Source of the DNA: Spirochaetia bacterium
GTDB lineage: Bacteria; Oederibacteriota; PGYV01; Palsa-1178
Direction: 5' to 3'
NCBI GenBank assembly: GCA_021372235.1
Contig: JAJFUW010000146.1
Coordinates: 322 to 64,321, forward strand
DNA length: 64,000 nucleotides
Shown: positions 47,385 to 57,698 of the stretch, piece by piece
How the letters are laid out: each line of letters opens with the position of its first letter
How positions within the stretch are numbered: the stretch's first letter is position 1
The notes under the pieces: generated by a model
The model's input: the letters and a program-made list of their open reading frames with translations, nothing else
What the model was told of the DNA's origin: nothing
The model's database searches: none
Position numbers and translations under genes: made by a program

Positions 47385-49169
47385 TTGGATAAGGATATTC
47401 TGAGTTCCCTCCCCGAAAAACCCGGCGTTTATATATTTAAAAACTCATCCGGCGATATAATCTACATCGGCAAAGCAAAGGTTTTGCGCAACCGCGTGCG
47501 TTCATATTTCTCCTCCTCCAAAAAGGACATCAAGACAGAACAGCTCTCCGGCAATATCGCGGACCTTGATTTTATAGTGACCCTGACCGAACTCGAGGCG
47601 TTCATACTCGAGAATACCCTCATCAAACAGCACAAACCAAAATACAACATCCTGTTAAAGGACGACAAGTCATATCCTTTCATAAAAATAGCGTACGGCG
47701 ATAAATATCCCGGGGTCTATGTAACCCGCAACGCCAGGGGCAGAGGTGACGTCTATTTCGGGCCCTATTACGCCCTCGACGCCAAAAGGGTGGTCCAACT
47801 CATCTACAGGATGTTCAGGATACGGCAGTGCACGCTCGACCTCACCGGCAAGCCGCTGAAACGGCCGTGCATTTATTATGACACAGGCCTGTGCGCGGCC
47901 CCGTGCGTCGGCTATGTGACGGGTGAGCAGTATGACGACCGGGTAAAATTGGTGAGGGAGTTCCTCGACGGCAATTACAAGCCGGTGCTGGAGGAACTGA
48001 AAAAAGAGATGGAGGAGTCAGCGGCCGCGAAAAAATATGAGAAAGCGGCCGAGGCCCGCGATTCCATAAAGGCAGTGGAAGAGATAATGAAGGAACAGAA
48101 GGTCGTGACGCAGGACGAGACGGACACGGACGTGGTCAATTTCCTTTACCGTAACGGGTCTTATTATTTCGGGGTTTTCAACATAAGGCGCGGCAGGCTT
48201 GTGGGCAAGTCAGTGAATGTTTTTAACGGTATGCCTGAGAACGAAAATCCTCTCGAGATATTCCTCGCACAGTATTACTCCAGAAACATATCCACTGCAC
48301 GGGACGTGGTCCTGCCTGAGGGCGCGGTCGAGACCGAAGTAGCGAAATACATTTTCAGAGACAGGGGCGTTAAGCTGCGGTTCTGCAAAAAGGACAGATT
48401 GCTCGATATGGTAATGGAAAACCTGGTTGAGAGGTCAAAAAGCACGGAAAAGATGGAGGAAAAAAAGACGAACATAAAAAAGGAGTATCTCCTGCAGATG
48501 GAGGCACTCAAAGAGAGCCTGAAACTGGAGGCTATGCCTTCCGTGATCGAGGCGGTGGATATCTCGCACTCATCAGGCGATCATATGGCGGGTTCGCTTG
48601 TGGTGTTCAAAAACGGCGAACCTGACAGGGCGCAGTACAGGCATTTTAAGATAAAGACGGTCGGGCAGGTGGATGATTTTGCATCAGTGGCAGAGGTTGT
48701 ACAGCGCAGGTATTCAAGATTGAAGGCCGAAGGCGGGAAATTCCCGGACCTGCTCATGATAGACGGCGGCATAGGCCAGGTGAACGCCGCAAAGCACGCG
48801 CTGGATACGGTGGGCGTGGATATACCGGTCATAGGCCTGGCAAAAGAGCATGAAATGGTTTTTTTCCCCCATGACAACGAAGCAAAGGATCCGGGCACCA
48901 GGGGCAGATTCCTGCTGATGAGGGCGCGCGACGAGGCACACAGGTTCGCGAACTCTTTGCGCACGAAGCTGGCAAATAAAAAGATGAAAAAGTCGGTTTT
49001 TGACGACATCAAGTTTATTGGGGAAAAAACGCTCTATATGATATATAATGAGTTTAAGGACCGTTCAGACCTGGTCGGGGCAATCCAATCGGGGGATAAG
49101 AGGGCGGACTTCCTCAATAAACGTCAGAAGGATGAGATACTAAAGGCGCTAAAAACAATTAATAATTGA
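47385..49169 (+). CDS. uvrC: excinuclease ABC subunit C
   Basis: TTG start. GIY-YIG LPEKPGVYIFKNSSGDIIYIGKAKVLRNRVRSYF, UvrBC-binding region, RNaseH-like endonuclease domain, C-terminal (HhH)2. Confidence 0.9.
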   Translation: MDKDILSSLPEKPGVYIFKNSSGDIIYIGKAKVLRNRVRSYFSSSKKDIKTEQLSGNIADLDFIVTLTELEAFILENTLIKQHKPKYNILLKDDKSYPFIKIAYGDKYPGVYVTRNARGRGDVYFGPYYALDAKRVVQLIYRMFRIRQCTLDLTGKPLKRPCIYYDTGLCAAPCVGYVTGEQYDDRVKLVREFLDGNYKPVLEELKKEMEESAAAKKYEKAAEARDSIKAVEEIMKEQKVVTQDETDTDVVNFLYRNGSYYFGVFNIRRGRLVGKSVNVFNGMPENENPLEIFLAQYYSRNISTARDVVLPEGAVETEVAKYIFRDRGVKLRFCKKDRLLDMVMENLVERSKSTEKMEEKKTNIKKEYLLQMEALKESLKLEAMPSVIEAVDISHSSGDHMAGSLVVFKNGEPDRAQYRHFKIKTVGQVDDFASVAEVVQRRYSRLKAEGGKFPDLLMIDGGIGQVNAAKHALDTVGVDIPVIGLAKEHEMVFFPHDNEAKDPGTRGRFLLMRARDEAHRFANSLRTKLANKKMKKSVFDDIKFIGEKTLYMIYNEFKDRSDLVGAIQSGDKRADFLNKRQKDEILKALKTINN

Positions 49170-49213
49170 TGATGAAGTGCAGAACTTTTTTTGGCTCATA
49201 AATAGGGGAGAAT

Positions 49214-49573
49214 ATGAAAGACAATGTTATTTTGCGTAAAAGTTACGCCTTTGCTTTGGCCATCATTGAGATTTACAAATACCTTTGTTTTGAAAGAAAA
49301 GAATATGTGCTTTCAAAACAACTGCTCAAAGCAGGCACATCAAGCGGTGCTAATGTGTAAGAACCAACAGGCGGACAAACAGGCAGGGATTTCTTTACCA
49401 AGATATCAATCGCCTATAAAGAAGCAAGGGAGACACATTATTGTCTGAGGCTGCTTCGTGACAGTGGCTTTATTATGAAGGAAAGGGCGGCAACGCTCAT
49501 CGATGATTGCGAGGAATTGATAAGAATATTAACGGCGATTAAGAATATGGTTCAAAAGAGACAAAAGGGCTGA
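49214..49573 (+). pseudogene. four-helix-bundle protein (TIGR02436-like) gene with an in-frame TAA at 49358-49360
   Basis: MKDNVILRKSYAFALAIIEIYKYLCFERKEYVLSKQLLKAGTSSGANV-*-EPTGGQTGRDFFTKISIAYKEARETHYCLRLLRDSGFIMKERAATLIDDCEELIRILTAIKNMVQKRQKG. The stop replaces a usually conserved Glu (GANVEEA), so GAA to TAA. The reading frame is otherwise intact. Confidence 0.6.
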
Positions 49574-49635
49574 AATAATGGAGGTTGTATTATTAATTAT
49601 TCATTATTAATTATTAATTGTCCTGAGCGGCAAAG

Positions 49636-51039
49636 ATGTCAATAAAAACAATCCGTTCCAGGATAATGCTCTATTTCATCGGCGGTTCGGCCGTCATCAT
49701 AACCGTTTACGGCCTGTTTACCTTTAACATGATCCGCAACAAAATGGAACAGGAGATGGAGAACAGGCTGGTAACTGCCGGCGAGCTCATCGCCAACACA
49801 ATAAAGCAGGACGATATAATAACATTTGCCGGACGGGGGCAAGTTTACGCGCAATACATGAAAAAAATGACGCGGTTAAAAGAGATAACCCGGGCCAGGG
49901 ACATATTGATAATCGGGGACAACAGAAAGATAGTGCTTTCGACCCTCGGTAAGCAGGAAAAACAATTCCTCAACCTGAACCGGTCCGCCATAGACAGGGC
50001 GTTTGAAGGAAAAGTCACATCGTCGCCGGCGTACCCCGGAGAAGGAAGGAAATTTTACAAAACAGGCTATGTTCCTTTCGTGGACGATGGAGAGGAGATG
50101 GCGGTAAAATGGGTCATCGGCATCGAGGCTGAGGCGGATTATGTCGCGTACCTGGAGGAATACGGCAGGTTTATCTTTTTTATGGGGCTTCTTGCGGTCG
50201 TGTTTGCCATGTTTTTGAGCTTCACTGTCTCCCGCGGCATAACCGGCAGGATTGAGAAACTGGTAAAAAAGGCAAACGAGATAGCAAAACGCAATTTCAG
50301 CGAGAACATTTCGGTAGAAGGCGGGGACGAGATATCACAGCTCGCGGGCAACCTGGACGTGATGAAACTGGAGCTAAAGGCATACTTTGAGGAGAGGGAA
50401 AAGATGGCCACCGTCGGAGAATTCTCGGCAGGCGTTGCGCATGAGATACGCAATTCGCTCGGGGTTATATCCGGTTACGGAGAACTCATCAGGGAAAAAA
50501 CAGCGGACGAGGCAATAAGGAAAAAGGCGGATGACATAGTAAAAAACACGATAAAAATGAACGAATTTTTGAACAACTTTTTGGCTTATACCAGGGAATT
50601 CACCCCGGATTGGCAGGATGTCAGCCTGTCTTCGCTTATTGATTCACTCATGGAGGAACTGCCGCAGGAGGCAAGGAAAGTGGCGGTAAAAAATTACGGC
50701 CCGACGCAGGATAAAAAAAGGGTGGACCCGTACTTGCTGAAAAAGGCGCTTTACAATATAATAACAAACGGGTGGCAGGCGCTCGGCCCGGCCGGAGGCA
50801 GGGTGGAGATTTCGATAAAGGAAGAGTCCGGCAGGAGCGTGATAACCGTAAAGGACAACGGCAGAGGCATGCCCGAGAACGTAAAACAGAGGGTATTCCA
50901 GCCGTTTGTCTCGGGCAAAAAGGACGGCACGGGCCTGGGTCTCGCAATATCATACCGGATAATCAAGGAGATACACGGTGGGGACATAACGGTGCAATCC
51001 GCCGGAGGCACGGGGACAGAGGTCACGATAACACTGTAA
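49636..51039 (+). CDS. sensor histidine kinase (2 TM, HAMP-like, HisKA, HATPase_c)
   Basis: H-box GVAHEIRNSLGVISGYGELI. N, G1 and G2 boxes (ITNGWQALGPAGG; GRGMPE; GTGLGLAISYRII). Confidence 0.85.
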   Translation: MSIKTIRSRIMLYFIGGSAVIITVYGLFTFNMIRNKMEQEMENRLVTAGELIANTIKQDDIITFAGRGQVYAQYMKKMTRLKEITRARDILIIGDNRKIVLSTLGKQEKQFLNLNRSAIDRAFEGKVTSSPAYPGEGRKFYKTGYVPFVDDGEEMAVKWVIGIEAEADYVAYLEEYGRFIFFMGLLAVVFAMFLSFTVSRGITGRIEKLVKKANEIAKRNFSENISVEGGDEISQLAGNLDVMKLELKAYFEEREKMATVGEFSAGVAHEIRNSLGVISGYGELIREKTADEAIRKKADDIVKNTIKMNEFLNNFLAYTREFTPDWQDVSLSSLIDSLMEELPQEARKVAVKNYGPTQDKKRVDPYLLKKALYNIITNGWQALGPAGGRVEISIKEESGRSVITVKDNGRGMPENVKQRVFQPFVSGKKDGTGLGLAISYRIIKEIHGGDITVQSAGGTGTEVTITL

Positions 51040-51053
51040 TAACGGAGGCAATT

Positions 51054-52379
51054 GTGTACGATATACTGGTAGTCGAGGACAATGACGCACTGCGCGGGGT
51101 TCTGAAAGAGGCGCTCTCAACACAGGGATATTCGGTATCGGAAGCTCAATCCGCCGAGGAGGGGTTTGAGAAGCTCAATGCAGCCTCGTTTGACCTCGTC
51201 ATCACGGATTTAAAACTCCCCGAAGCCGACGGCATTGAGGTCCTAAAGGCGGCCAGGAGGGAGAATCCCTCGTGCGAGGTGATCGTCGCAACAGCCTATG
51301 GGACCGTTGATAAGGCCGTGGAGGCCATGAAACAGGGTGCGGCGGATTTCATCACAAAACCATTTTCTATTGACCAGATCAGGCTGCAGGCCGCGAAGAT
51401 ACTGCGGTCCAAAAAAATAAAGGAAGAGAACGCGTATTTAAGGTCTCTGTCCAAACGGCAGATAACAGGGGCTTCCGGAATAATAGCCACGGTGCTGGAG
51501 AGGGCGCGCAAGATTGCGGCCAGCGACGCGGCCGTGCTCATCACCGGAGAGTCCGGTACGGGCAAGGAATTGATAGCCGAGGAGATACACCGCCTCTCGG
51601 AGCGCAGGGAAAGTCCGGTCATAAAAGTGAACTGTGCCGCTCTCGCGCCGGGCGTGCTGGAATCGGAACTTTTCGGCCATGAAAAAGGGGCTTTTACCGA
51701 CGCGTTCTCCGCAAAAAAAGGAAGGTTCGAACTGGCGGACAAAGGCACTATATTCCTCGACGAGATAGCGGATTTGCCGCTGGAACTGCAGGTAAAACTC
51801 CTGCGCGTACTGCAGGAAAAGGAGTTCGAACGGGTCGGCGGAGAAAAGACGATAAAGATAGACGTGCGCGTCATCGCGGCCACCAACAAGAACCTAAAGG
51901 CCATGACTGCCGAGGGGAAATTCAGGCAGGACCTATACTACAGGCTCAACGTTGTGGAGATAAACATGCCGGCGCTGCGCGAGCGCAGGGAGGACATCCC
52001 GGCGCTGATAGAGAACTTCATAATAAAATACGCGGAACACTCGAATTACAGTGTCAAAGGTATTACAAAAGAGGCGCTCGATATCATGACTGCCTACCCG
52101 TACCCGGGCAACATCAGGGAACTCGAGAACATAATACAGAGGATGCTCGTCATGGCCGAAGGCGAGATGCTGGACGCGCATGACGTGCCCTACGACGTCC
52201 GGGCGTCCGGCAGCAACCCGGTAGCGGGAGAGGGATTGAACGCCAGGATGGACGAGTACGAAAAGAAACTGCTGGAGCAGGCGCTCAAAGAGACCGGGGG
52301 CAACAAACTGAAAGCCGCGGAACTTTTAAAGATAAACAGGGCCACATTCATGGCCAGAGTAAAAAAATACGGTTTATAA
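51054..52379 (+). CDS. sigma-54-dependent response regulator (NtrC family: REC, AAA+, Fis-HTH)
   Basis: GTG start after ggagg. DLVITDLKLP receiver Asp, GESGTGKE Walker A, GAFTDA (GAFTGA variant), C-terminal KLKAAELLKINRATFMARVKKYG. Confidence 0.85.
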   Translation: MYDILVVEDNDALRGVLKEALSTQGYSVSEAQSAEEGFEKLNAASFDLVITDLKLPEADGIEVLKAARRENPSCEVIVATAYGTVDKAVEAMKQGAADFITKPFSIDQIRLQAAKILRSKKIKEENAYLRSLSKRQITGASGIIATVLERARKIAASDAAVLITGESGTGKELIAEEIHRLSERRESPVIKVNCAALAPGVLESELFGHEKGAFTDAFSAKKGRFELADKGTIFLDEIADLPLELQVKLLRVLQEKEFERVGGEKTIKIDVRVIAATNKNLKAMTAEGKFRQDLYYRLNVVEINMPALRERREDIPALIENFIIKYAEHSNYSVKGITKEALDIMTAYPYPGNIRELENIIQRMLVMAEGEMLDAHDVPYDVRASGSNPVAGEGLNARMDEYEKKLLEQALKETGGNKLKAAELLKINRATFMARVKKYGL

Positions 52380-52391
52380 ACGGAGGGTAAG

Positions 52392-52691
52392 ATGAAGGCA
52401 AAAGACGTAGTGTTTGGCTTACTGTTTTTGGTGTTTGAATCCCTGGCCGCTTTTGCGTACATAAAATTTGACAAACTTTACATCATTGCCCTGATAGCAG
52501 GCGGCGTATTGGCGCTTCTCTGGATATTGCTGCGCGTGGAGAGCATACTAATGCCGTCAGGCAAGGTCTGCCCGGCATGCGGCGCCATGGTAAAACACGG
52601 GGCAAAATTTTGCGGCACATGCGGGGCAAGGGTAAAAAGCTCAAGCCCGCTGTCAAAAGTCATAGACATATTGCTGTTCAGGTTGATGTAG
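52392..52691 (+). CDS. small membrane protein with C-terminal zinc ribbon (CPACG...CGTCG)
   Basis: Two TM helices then CPACGAMVKHGAKFCGTCGARV. Starts 12 nt after the regulator stop. Confidence 0.45.
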   Translation: MKAKDVVFGLLFLVFESLAAFAYIKFDKLYIIALIAGGVLALLWILLRVESILMPSGKVCPACGAMVKHGAKFCGTCGARVKSSSPLSKVIDILLFRLM

Positions 52692-52913
52692 GTTGGGAAA
52701 AGGCGGCACTATTGCGGCAACTGCAATCGGCGTGACAGCGATGGCGGTGCCGGGTTATTTTTTACCGGTCGGCAGTCTTAATACAGGTTTTATTATTTTG
52801 TTTTTAGGCCTGACAACCTTAATTTTCGTCCTAAAAACAGCATAAAAATAAGGCTTTTTTTGGGCGTAACGCCATCCGAAACAATTCCACGGCCTGTTTT
52901 GTCAAAAAAAACC

Positions 52914-52942
52914 TTGAACAAAAGCGTTATTTTTGTTATTAT
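52914..52942 (+). promoter_or_regulatory. candidate sigma70 promoter of the rpsB-tsf operon (TTGAAC-17-TATTAT)
   Basis: ttgaac aaaagcgttatttttgt tattat, followed by a structured GC-rich leader (gccggc...gccggc 53005-53052) before rpsB. Confidence 0.4.
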
Positions 52943-53084
52943 CGTTCGGAATTACAAAAGGCGGCATTAGCCGCCTTAAAAAACGCATGTTTCCGGATAG
53001 GCCGGCATGGTCCTTGGGGCTTTGAGTTCCGAGGCGCCGGCAGTGTGAAGGGAACAGAGGTGAAAACCTTAAGGAGGAATTACC

Positions 53085-53957
53085 ATGCCCCAGATTTCCA
53101 TGAAAGCCCTGCTCGAATCCGGCGTCCATTTCGGACACCAGACCAAACGCTGGAATCCCAAGATGAAGCCTTACATTTTCGCGGCGCGTATCGGCATCTA
53201 CATCATCGACCTTCAGAAGACACTGAAGTACACCAAGGACGCCGTCACCTATGTCAAAAACATCATCCGCAAGAACCAGGTCATCCTTTTTGTCGGCACC
53301 AAGAAACAGGCAAAGGACGCCATCAAGGAAGAGGCCATGCGCTGCGGCATGCCTTACGTCTGCTCGCGCTGGCTGGGCGGCACGCTCACCAACTACACAA
53401 CCATCAGCAAAAGGATTGACCGTTTAAAACAGCTCGAGGACATGGAAACGCGCGGCGAGTTCGAGCGCTATCCAATCAAGGAAAAAATGAACATGCAGAA
53501 AGAACTCAAAAAGCTGAAGGAAAACCTTGACGGATTAAAGGACATGAAAGGCATGCCCGGAGCGATATTCGTAATAGACACCAAGAGGGAAGAGAACGCG
53601 ATCCGCGAGGCCAACAGGCTCAAGGTCCCGACCATCGCGATAGTCGACACCAATTGTGACCCCGACCCGATTGACTGCCTCATCCCCGGCAACGACGACG
53701 CCATACGCGCCGTCCGCCTGATGTGCAAGATAATCGCAGACACCATCATCGAGGAAAAAGTGGCGATGGAAAAGGAAAAGGAACTGGTATTAAAACAGGA
53801 AGCCGAAGCCGCGGCGATAGCCGCTGATGCGGCGGCCGCGGAATCAGCCGAGGAAAAAGACAAGATATCGGCCCAGAAAAAGGACACGACCGATTACAGC
53901 CAGGTATTCGTGGAAAAACCCGAGACACCGGCGGCAAAACCGGAAGAAACGAAGTAA
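53085..53957 (+). CDS. rpsB: 30S ribosomal protein S2 with ~50-aa acidic/Ala-rich C-terminal extension
   Basis: [74 protein letters not shown]. Confidence 0.95.
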   Translation: MPQISMKALLESGVHFGHQTKRWNPKMKPYIFAARIGIYIIDLQKTLKYTKDAVTYVKNIIRKNQVILFVGTKKQAKDAIKEEAMRCGMPYVCSRWLGGTLTNYTTISKRIDRLKQLEDMETRGEFERYPIKEKMNMQKELKKLKENLDGLKDMKGMPGAIFVIDTKREENAIREANRLKVPTIAIVDTNCDPDPIDCLIPGNDDAIRAVRLMCKIIADTIIEEKVAMEKEKELVLKQEAEAAAIAADAAAAESAEEKDKISAQKKDTTDYSQVFVEKPETPAAKPEETK

Positions 53958-54022
53958 AGGCAGATTAAAACTGAAATCTGAAACATTAAAAATATAATTA
54001 CAATATTCCAAGGAGAAGTGTC

Positions 54023-54622
54023 ATGGCTGAAATATCAAAGGATCTGGTCAAGGACCTGCGCGAAAAAACCGGCGCGGGCATGAACGATTGCCTGAATGCG
54101 TTAAAGCAGACCAACGGTGACATGGAAAAAGCCACCGAAGTACTGAGGCAGAAGGGCATAGCCTCTGCCGACAAAAAGACCTCCCGCAAGGTAAAAGAGG
54201 GGCTTGTGTACGCCTATATCCACGGCGGCGGCAGGGTCGGAACAATGGTGGAAATAAACTGCGAGACCGACTTTGTGGCGCGCACCGTCGAGTTTGAGGA
54301 ACTCTGCAAAGAGGTCGCCATGCAGGTCGCGGCGATGTCGCCGCGCTGGGTAAGGCGTGAAGATGTTCCGGCAGAGGTGGTAGCGAAGGAAAAAGAGATA
54401 TACGCGGCCCAGATGGCGGACCAGAAGAAACCGCCGCAGGTCATAGCCAAAATAATCGACGGCAAACTTGAAAAATTCTATAAGGATTTCTGCCTGCTGG
54501 AACAGCCGTACATAAAGGACGACACAAAGAGCGTCGACACACTCGTGAAGGAAAAGATAGGCACGATAGGCGAGAACATAGTGGTAAAAAGGTTCGCGAG
54601 GTTCGTGTTAGGGGAGATATAG
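54023..54622 (+). CDS. tsf: elongation factor Ts (short form)
   Basis: ISKDLVKDLREKTGAGMNDCLNALKQTNGDMEKATEVLRQKG (UBA-like), TDFVARTVEFEELCKEVAMQVAA. Confidence 0.9.
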   Translation: MAEISKDLVKDLREKTGAGMNDCLNALKQTNGDMEKATEVLRQKGIASADKKTSRKVKEGLVYAYIHGGGRVGTMVEINCETDFVARTVEFEELCKEVAMQVAAMSPRWVRREDVPAEVVAKEKEIYAAQMADQKKPPQVIAKIIDGKLEKFYKDFCLLEQPYIKDDTKSVDTLVKEKIGTIGENIVVKRFARFVLGEI

Positions 54623-54633
54623 GAGCGGATATC

Positions 54634-54742
54634 AGAGACCGGAGACCGGAGACGGGAGCATTGCCCCGGATCCATCTCCGGACCTTATAATGCGCAAGTG
54701 ATACGGCCGGGAAATGGGACGGGTGTTTTTTCAGCCTCCGGT
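54634..54742. repeat. long-range GGAGACC-heptad inverted repeat between tsf and pyrH
   Basis: agagaccggagaccggagacggg (54634-54656) pairs with cctccggtttccggtctct (54724-54742), one mismatch, ~70-nt loop. Confidence 0.45.
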
Positions 54743-54780
54743 TTCCGGTCTCTATCACTACGCTACTGCGGAGGTTCTGC

Positions 54781-55506
54781 ATGACAAAAGGTAAATCCGC
54801 AACAAAGTACAAACGTATAATGCTCAAAATCTCAGGGGAAGCTCTGGCCGGGGATAAAAGTTCGGGCATTGATTACGACACCGTTTACTCCATAGCCTGC
54901 GATATAAAAGAAGTGAGCGAAATGGGTGTTTCGGTGGCCGTTGTCATAGGCGGCGGGAACATATTTCGCGGCGGCCGGGGGAAAAATTTCAAAATAGAAC
55001 GCGTTGTGGGAGATTATATGGGTATGCTCGCAACCGTTATAAACGGCATGGCCCTGCAGGATGTCCTGGAACAGATGGGCGTCAAAACGCGTCTTTTGAC
55101 CGCAATCGAGATGCAGGAGATAGCAGAGCCTTACATACGACGCAGGGCGGTGCGCCATCTCGAAAAAGGGCGTGTTGTGATATTTGGCGGCGGCACGGGC
55201 AATCCGTATTTTACCACTGACACGGCGGCGGCACTGCGCGCCACGGAGATAAACGCCGAGGTAGTGCTGAAAGCCACCAGGGTGTCGGGCGTCTACACGG
55301 GCGACCCGGAACTGGACAAGAACGCGAAAAAATTCGATGAATTAAAATATATCGAGGTCCTGAACAAAAACCTCAAAGTGATGGATTCGGCGGCCATATC
55401 GCTCTGCATGGACAACCACATACCGCTCATTGTGTTTAATCTGAATGAAAAAGGTTCGATAAAAAAGGCAGTTGAGGGGAAAAAGATAGGCACGATAATA
55501 AGGTAG
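54781..55506 (+). CDS. pyrH: UMP kinase
   Basis: [43 protein letters not shown]. Confidence 0.95.
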   Translation: MTKGKSATKYKRIMLKISGEALAGDKSSGIDYDTVYSIACDIKEVSEMGVSVAVVIGGGNIFRGGRGKNFKIERVVGDYMGMLATVINGMALQDVLEQMGVKTRLLTAIEMQEIAEPYIRRRAVRHLEKGRVVIFGGGTGNPYFTTDTAAALRATEINAEVVLKATRVSGVYTGDPELDKNAKKFDELKYIEVLNKNLKVMDSAAISLCMDNHIPLIVFNLNEKGSIKKAVEGKKIGTIIR

Positions 55507-55519
55507 AGGAGGGTCTCTG

Positions 55520-56074
55520 ATGGAAAAGATATACGCGGAACTTGAAACAAAGATGAAAAAATCAGTCGAGCATTTCCACAAGGAACTCGGGAACATAAGG
55601 ACGGGCAGGGCGTCGACAGCCGTTCTGGACGGCGTGAGGGTCACGTATTACGGCAACCAGATGCCAATAAATCAGGTGGCGTCAGTGGCTGTCATAGAGG
55701 CCAAGACCATAGATATAAAGCCATGGGACAAAGGCTCAGTATCCGAGATAGAAAAAGCCATCATGGCAGCTAACCTCGGCCTGTCGATAGTGAACACCGG
55801 AGACTCGCTGAAAGTGAAATTCCCTGATTTGACCGAAGAGACCAGGAAAGACATGGTCAAGAAGGTCAAAAAAATGGCGGAAGAGTCAAAAGTTGACCTG
55901 CGCAACATACGCAGGGAATCAAATGAGGCGGCCAAGGCAAAGGAAAAGGCCAAACAGATATCCGAGGATGACCTGAAGAACGCGGAGGCCCGCATTCAGA
56001 AGGTAACGGACAAATACATAACTGACATTGACAACATGGTAAAGGAAAAAGAAAAGGAACTGATGACTATATAA
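55520..56074 (+). CDS. frr: ribosome recycling factor
   Basis: HFHKELGNIRTGRASTAVLDGVRVTYYG, PDLTEETRKDMVKKVKKMAEESKVDLRNIRRE. Confidence 0.95.
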   Translation: MEKIYAELETKMKKSVEHFHKELGNIRTGRASTAVLDGVRVTYYGNQMPINQVASVAVIEAKTIDIKPWDKGSVSEIEKAIMAANLGLSIVNTGDSLKVKFPDLTEETRKDMVKKVKKMAEESKVDLRNIRRESNEAAKAKEKAKQISEDDLKNAEARIQKVTDKYITDIDNMVKEKEKELMTI

Positions 56075-56122
56075 ATTTTTTCCCGTGCCGGTTAAAAGAA
56101 CCGGCACGGAAAAAAATGGGAA

Positions 56123-56851
56123 GTGGCTGCAGTGACCAAACGTTTTAAGATTCCGGTACATCTGGCCGTCATCATGGACGGCAACGGCAGGTGGGCTAAA
56201 AAAAGGAATATGCCGCGTTTTATGGGGCATGTTGAGGGCGCAAAATCGGTACGCGCCGTCACAGAAGCATGCGTTGAACTCGGAATCAAATACCTCACGT
56301 TTTACGCCTTTTCGACGGAAAACTGGAAACGGCCGAAAAAAGAGATCGGTTTTCTGATGAAACTCCTCAACAATTATATAGACTCCGAATTTTCCACAAT
56401 GATGAAAAACAACGTCAGGTTCCACACCATCGGCGACATTTCAAGGCTGCCCGGAGGACTGGCGAAAAAACTGGAAGAGACAAAGAAAAAAACATCAAAA
56501 AATACCGGTTTAAACCTCATACTGGCGTTGAATTACGGTTCCCGCATGGAGATACTGGCCGCGGTCAGGCAGGTTGCCGATGATGTTAAAAATGGAAGGT
56601 TGAGCCCGGACGCACTCGATGAAAAGGCCATAACGGAAAGGCTCTATACAAAAGGCATGCCGGACCCCGACCTTATGATCCGCACAAGCGGCGAGATGAG
56701 AATATCGAATTTTTTGCTGTGGCAGCTGGCTTACTCGGAACTCTATGTGACCAGGGTTCTGTGGCCAGATTTCCGTAAAAAAGAGCTTTTGAAAGCCCTG
56801 AAAGAATATTCCGGCCGTGAAAGGCGTTACGGCGGGGTGGAGGCAAAATGA
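56123..56851 (+). CDS. uppS: undecaprenyl diphosphate synthase (cis-prenyltransferase)
   Basis: PVHLAVIMDGNGRWA, YLTFYAFSTENWKRP, ELYVTRVLWPDF. Confidence 0.9.
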   Translation: MAAVTKRFKIPVHLAVIMDGNGRWAKKRNMPRFMGHVEGAKSVRAVTEACVELGIKYLTFYAFSTENWKRPKKEIGFLMKLLNNYIDSEFSTMMKNNVRFHTIGDISRLPGGLAKKLEETKKKTSKNTGLNLILALNYGSRMEILAAVRQVADDVKNGRLSPDALDEKAITERLYTKGMPDPDLMIRTSGEMRISNFLLWQLAYSELYVTRVLWPDFRKKELLKALKEYSGRERRYGGVEAK

Positions 56852-57663
56852 AAACAAGGCTGCTGCTCTCTCTTTTCCTCGTACCGGCGCTGGCGTTTTT
56901 GATATTTTTCAACAGCCCGTATCCGTTCATAATAACCGCGGTGGCCGCACTGACGGCGGCGCTCGTCGAAGTCTACAACATGCTCATGAAAAAAGGGCTC
57001 AAACCCTACAGGTCCCCGGGCGCCCTGTTCGGCATCATCATGTACATCATCATCATCATGGACTACCCAAAAATGCTTTTTATCTCGGCATGGGCCTGCC
57101 TGATACTGCTGCTGTTCATACTCGTAATATTTTCGCGCAAACCGGACAATTTTACGCGCACGGGAGCCACGGCCTTCCCGCTCATGTACATATCGATACT
57201 TGGTTCCTTTGCCCTGCAGTTGCGCCTGATGGAAAACGGGTACTACTGGATTTTCCTGCTGTTCTTTTTGACTCTCATATATGACGCCGGCGCTTATTTT
57301 GCAGGGTCTTTTTTTGGCAAACACAAACTCATACCCGAGATATCGCCCGGCAAATCAATAGAAGGCTGCCTGGGCGGCGTCATAATAAACGTCATCGCCA
57401 CGGTCATCGCAAAATATGCCTGGTTGCCGCAGGACATACTGGGGCCAAATACGCTCATCCACCTCATCATACTCGCGGTTCTGCTGGCGGTCATGGGTCA
57501 GTTAGGAGACCTGACCGCTTCCGTCATCAAGCGTTACTGCGGTGTAAAGAATTCCTCAAATCTGCTGCCGGAAATGGGAGGCGTGCTGGACAAGATCGAC
57601 TCGGCGTTGTTCAACAGCCCGGTGCTTTACCTTTACATCGTATACGTTACGCAGTTATTCTGA
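56848..57663 (+). CDS. cdsA: phosphatidate cytidylyltransferase
   Basis: Multi-TM; C-terminal SVIKRYCGVKNSSNLLPEMGGVLDKIDS matches the CdsA signature (S..KR..g.KD.g..lPGHGG.lDR.Ds variant). Confidence 0.85.
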   Translation: MKTRLLLSLFLVPALAFLIFFNSPYPFIITAVAALTAALVEVYNMLMKKGLKPYRSPGALFGIIMYIIIIMDYPKMLFISAWACLILLLFILVIFSRKPDNFTRTGATAFPLMYISILGSFALQLRLMENGYYWIFLLFFLTLIYDAGAYFAGSFFGKHKLIPEISPGKSIEGCLGGVIINVIATVIAKYAWLPQDILGPNTLIHLIILAVLLAVMGQLGDLTASVIKRYCGVKNSSNLLPEMGGVLDKIDSALFNSPVLYLYIVYVTQLF

Positions 57664-57698
57664 TATCAAAAGTTTAAAACTTTATACCCGGAGTTTTT

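Noticed and set aside
49224-49448. 74-aa ORF listed in the track
   Set aside because: Off-frame relative to the four-helix-bundle reading frame, which shows family-level conservation on both sides of the TAA.
50772-51053. Upstream extension of the response-regulator ORF overlapping the kinase gene
   Set aside because: Overlaps the HATPase domain of the kinase. A GTG at 51054 preceded by ggagg gives a receiver domain starting at the usual position.
52700-53084. Possible tRNA or small RNA gene in the 390-nt spacer before rpsB
   Set aside because: No cloverleaf-compatible segment and no T-loop (GTTCRANYC) motif found. Interpreted as promoter plus structured rpsB leader.
53045-53419. 124-aa His/Arg-rich ORF
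   Set aside because: Alternative frame of rpsB.
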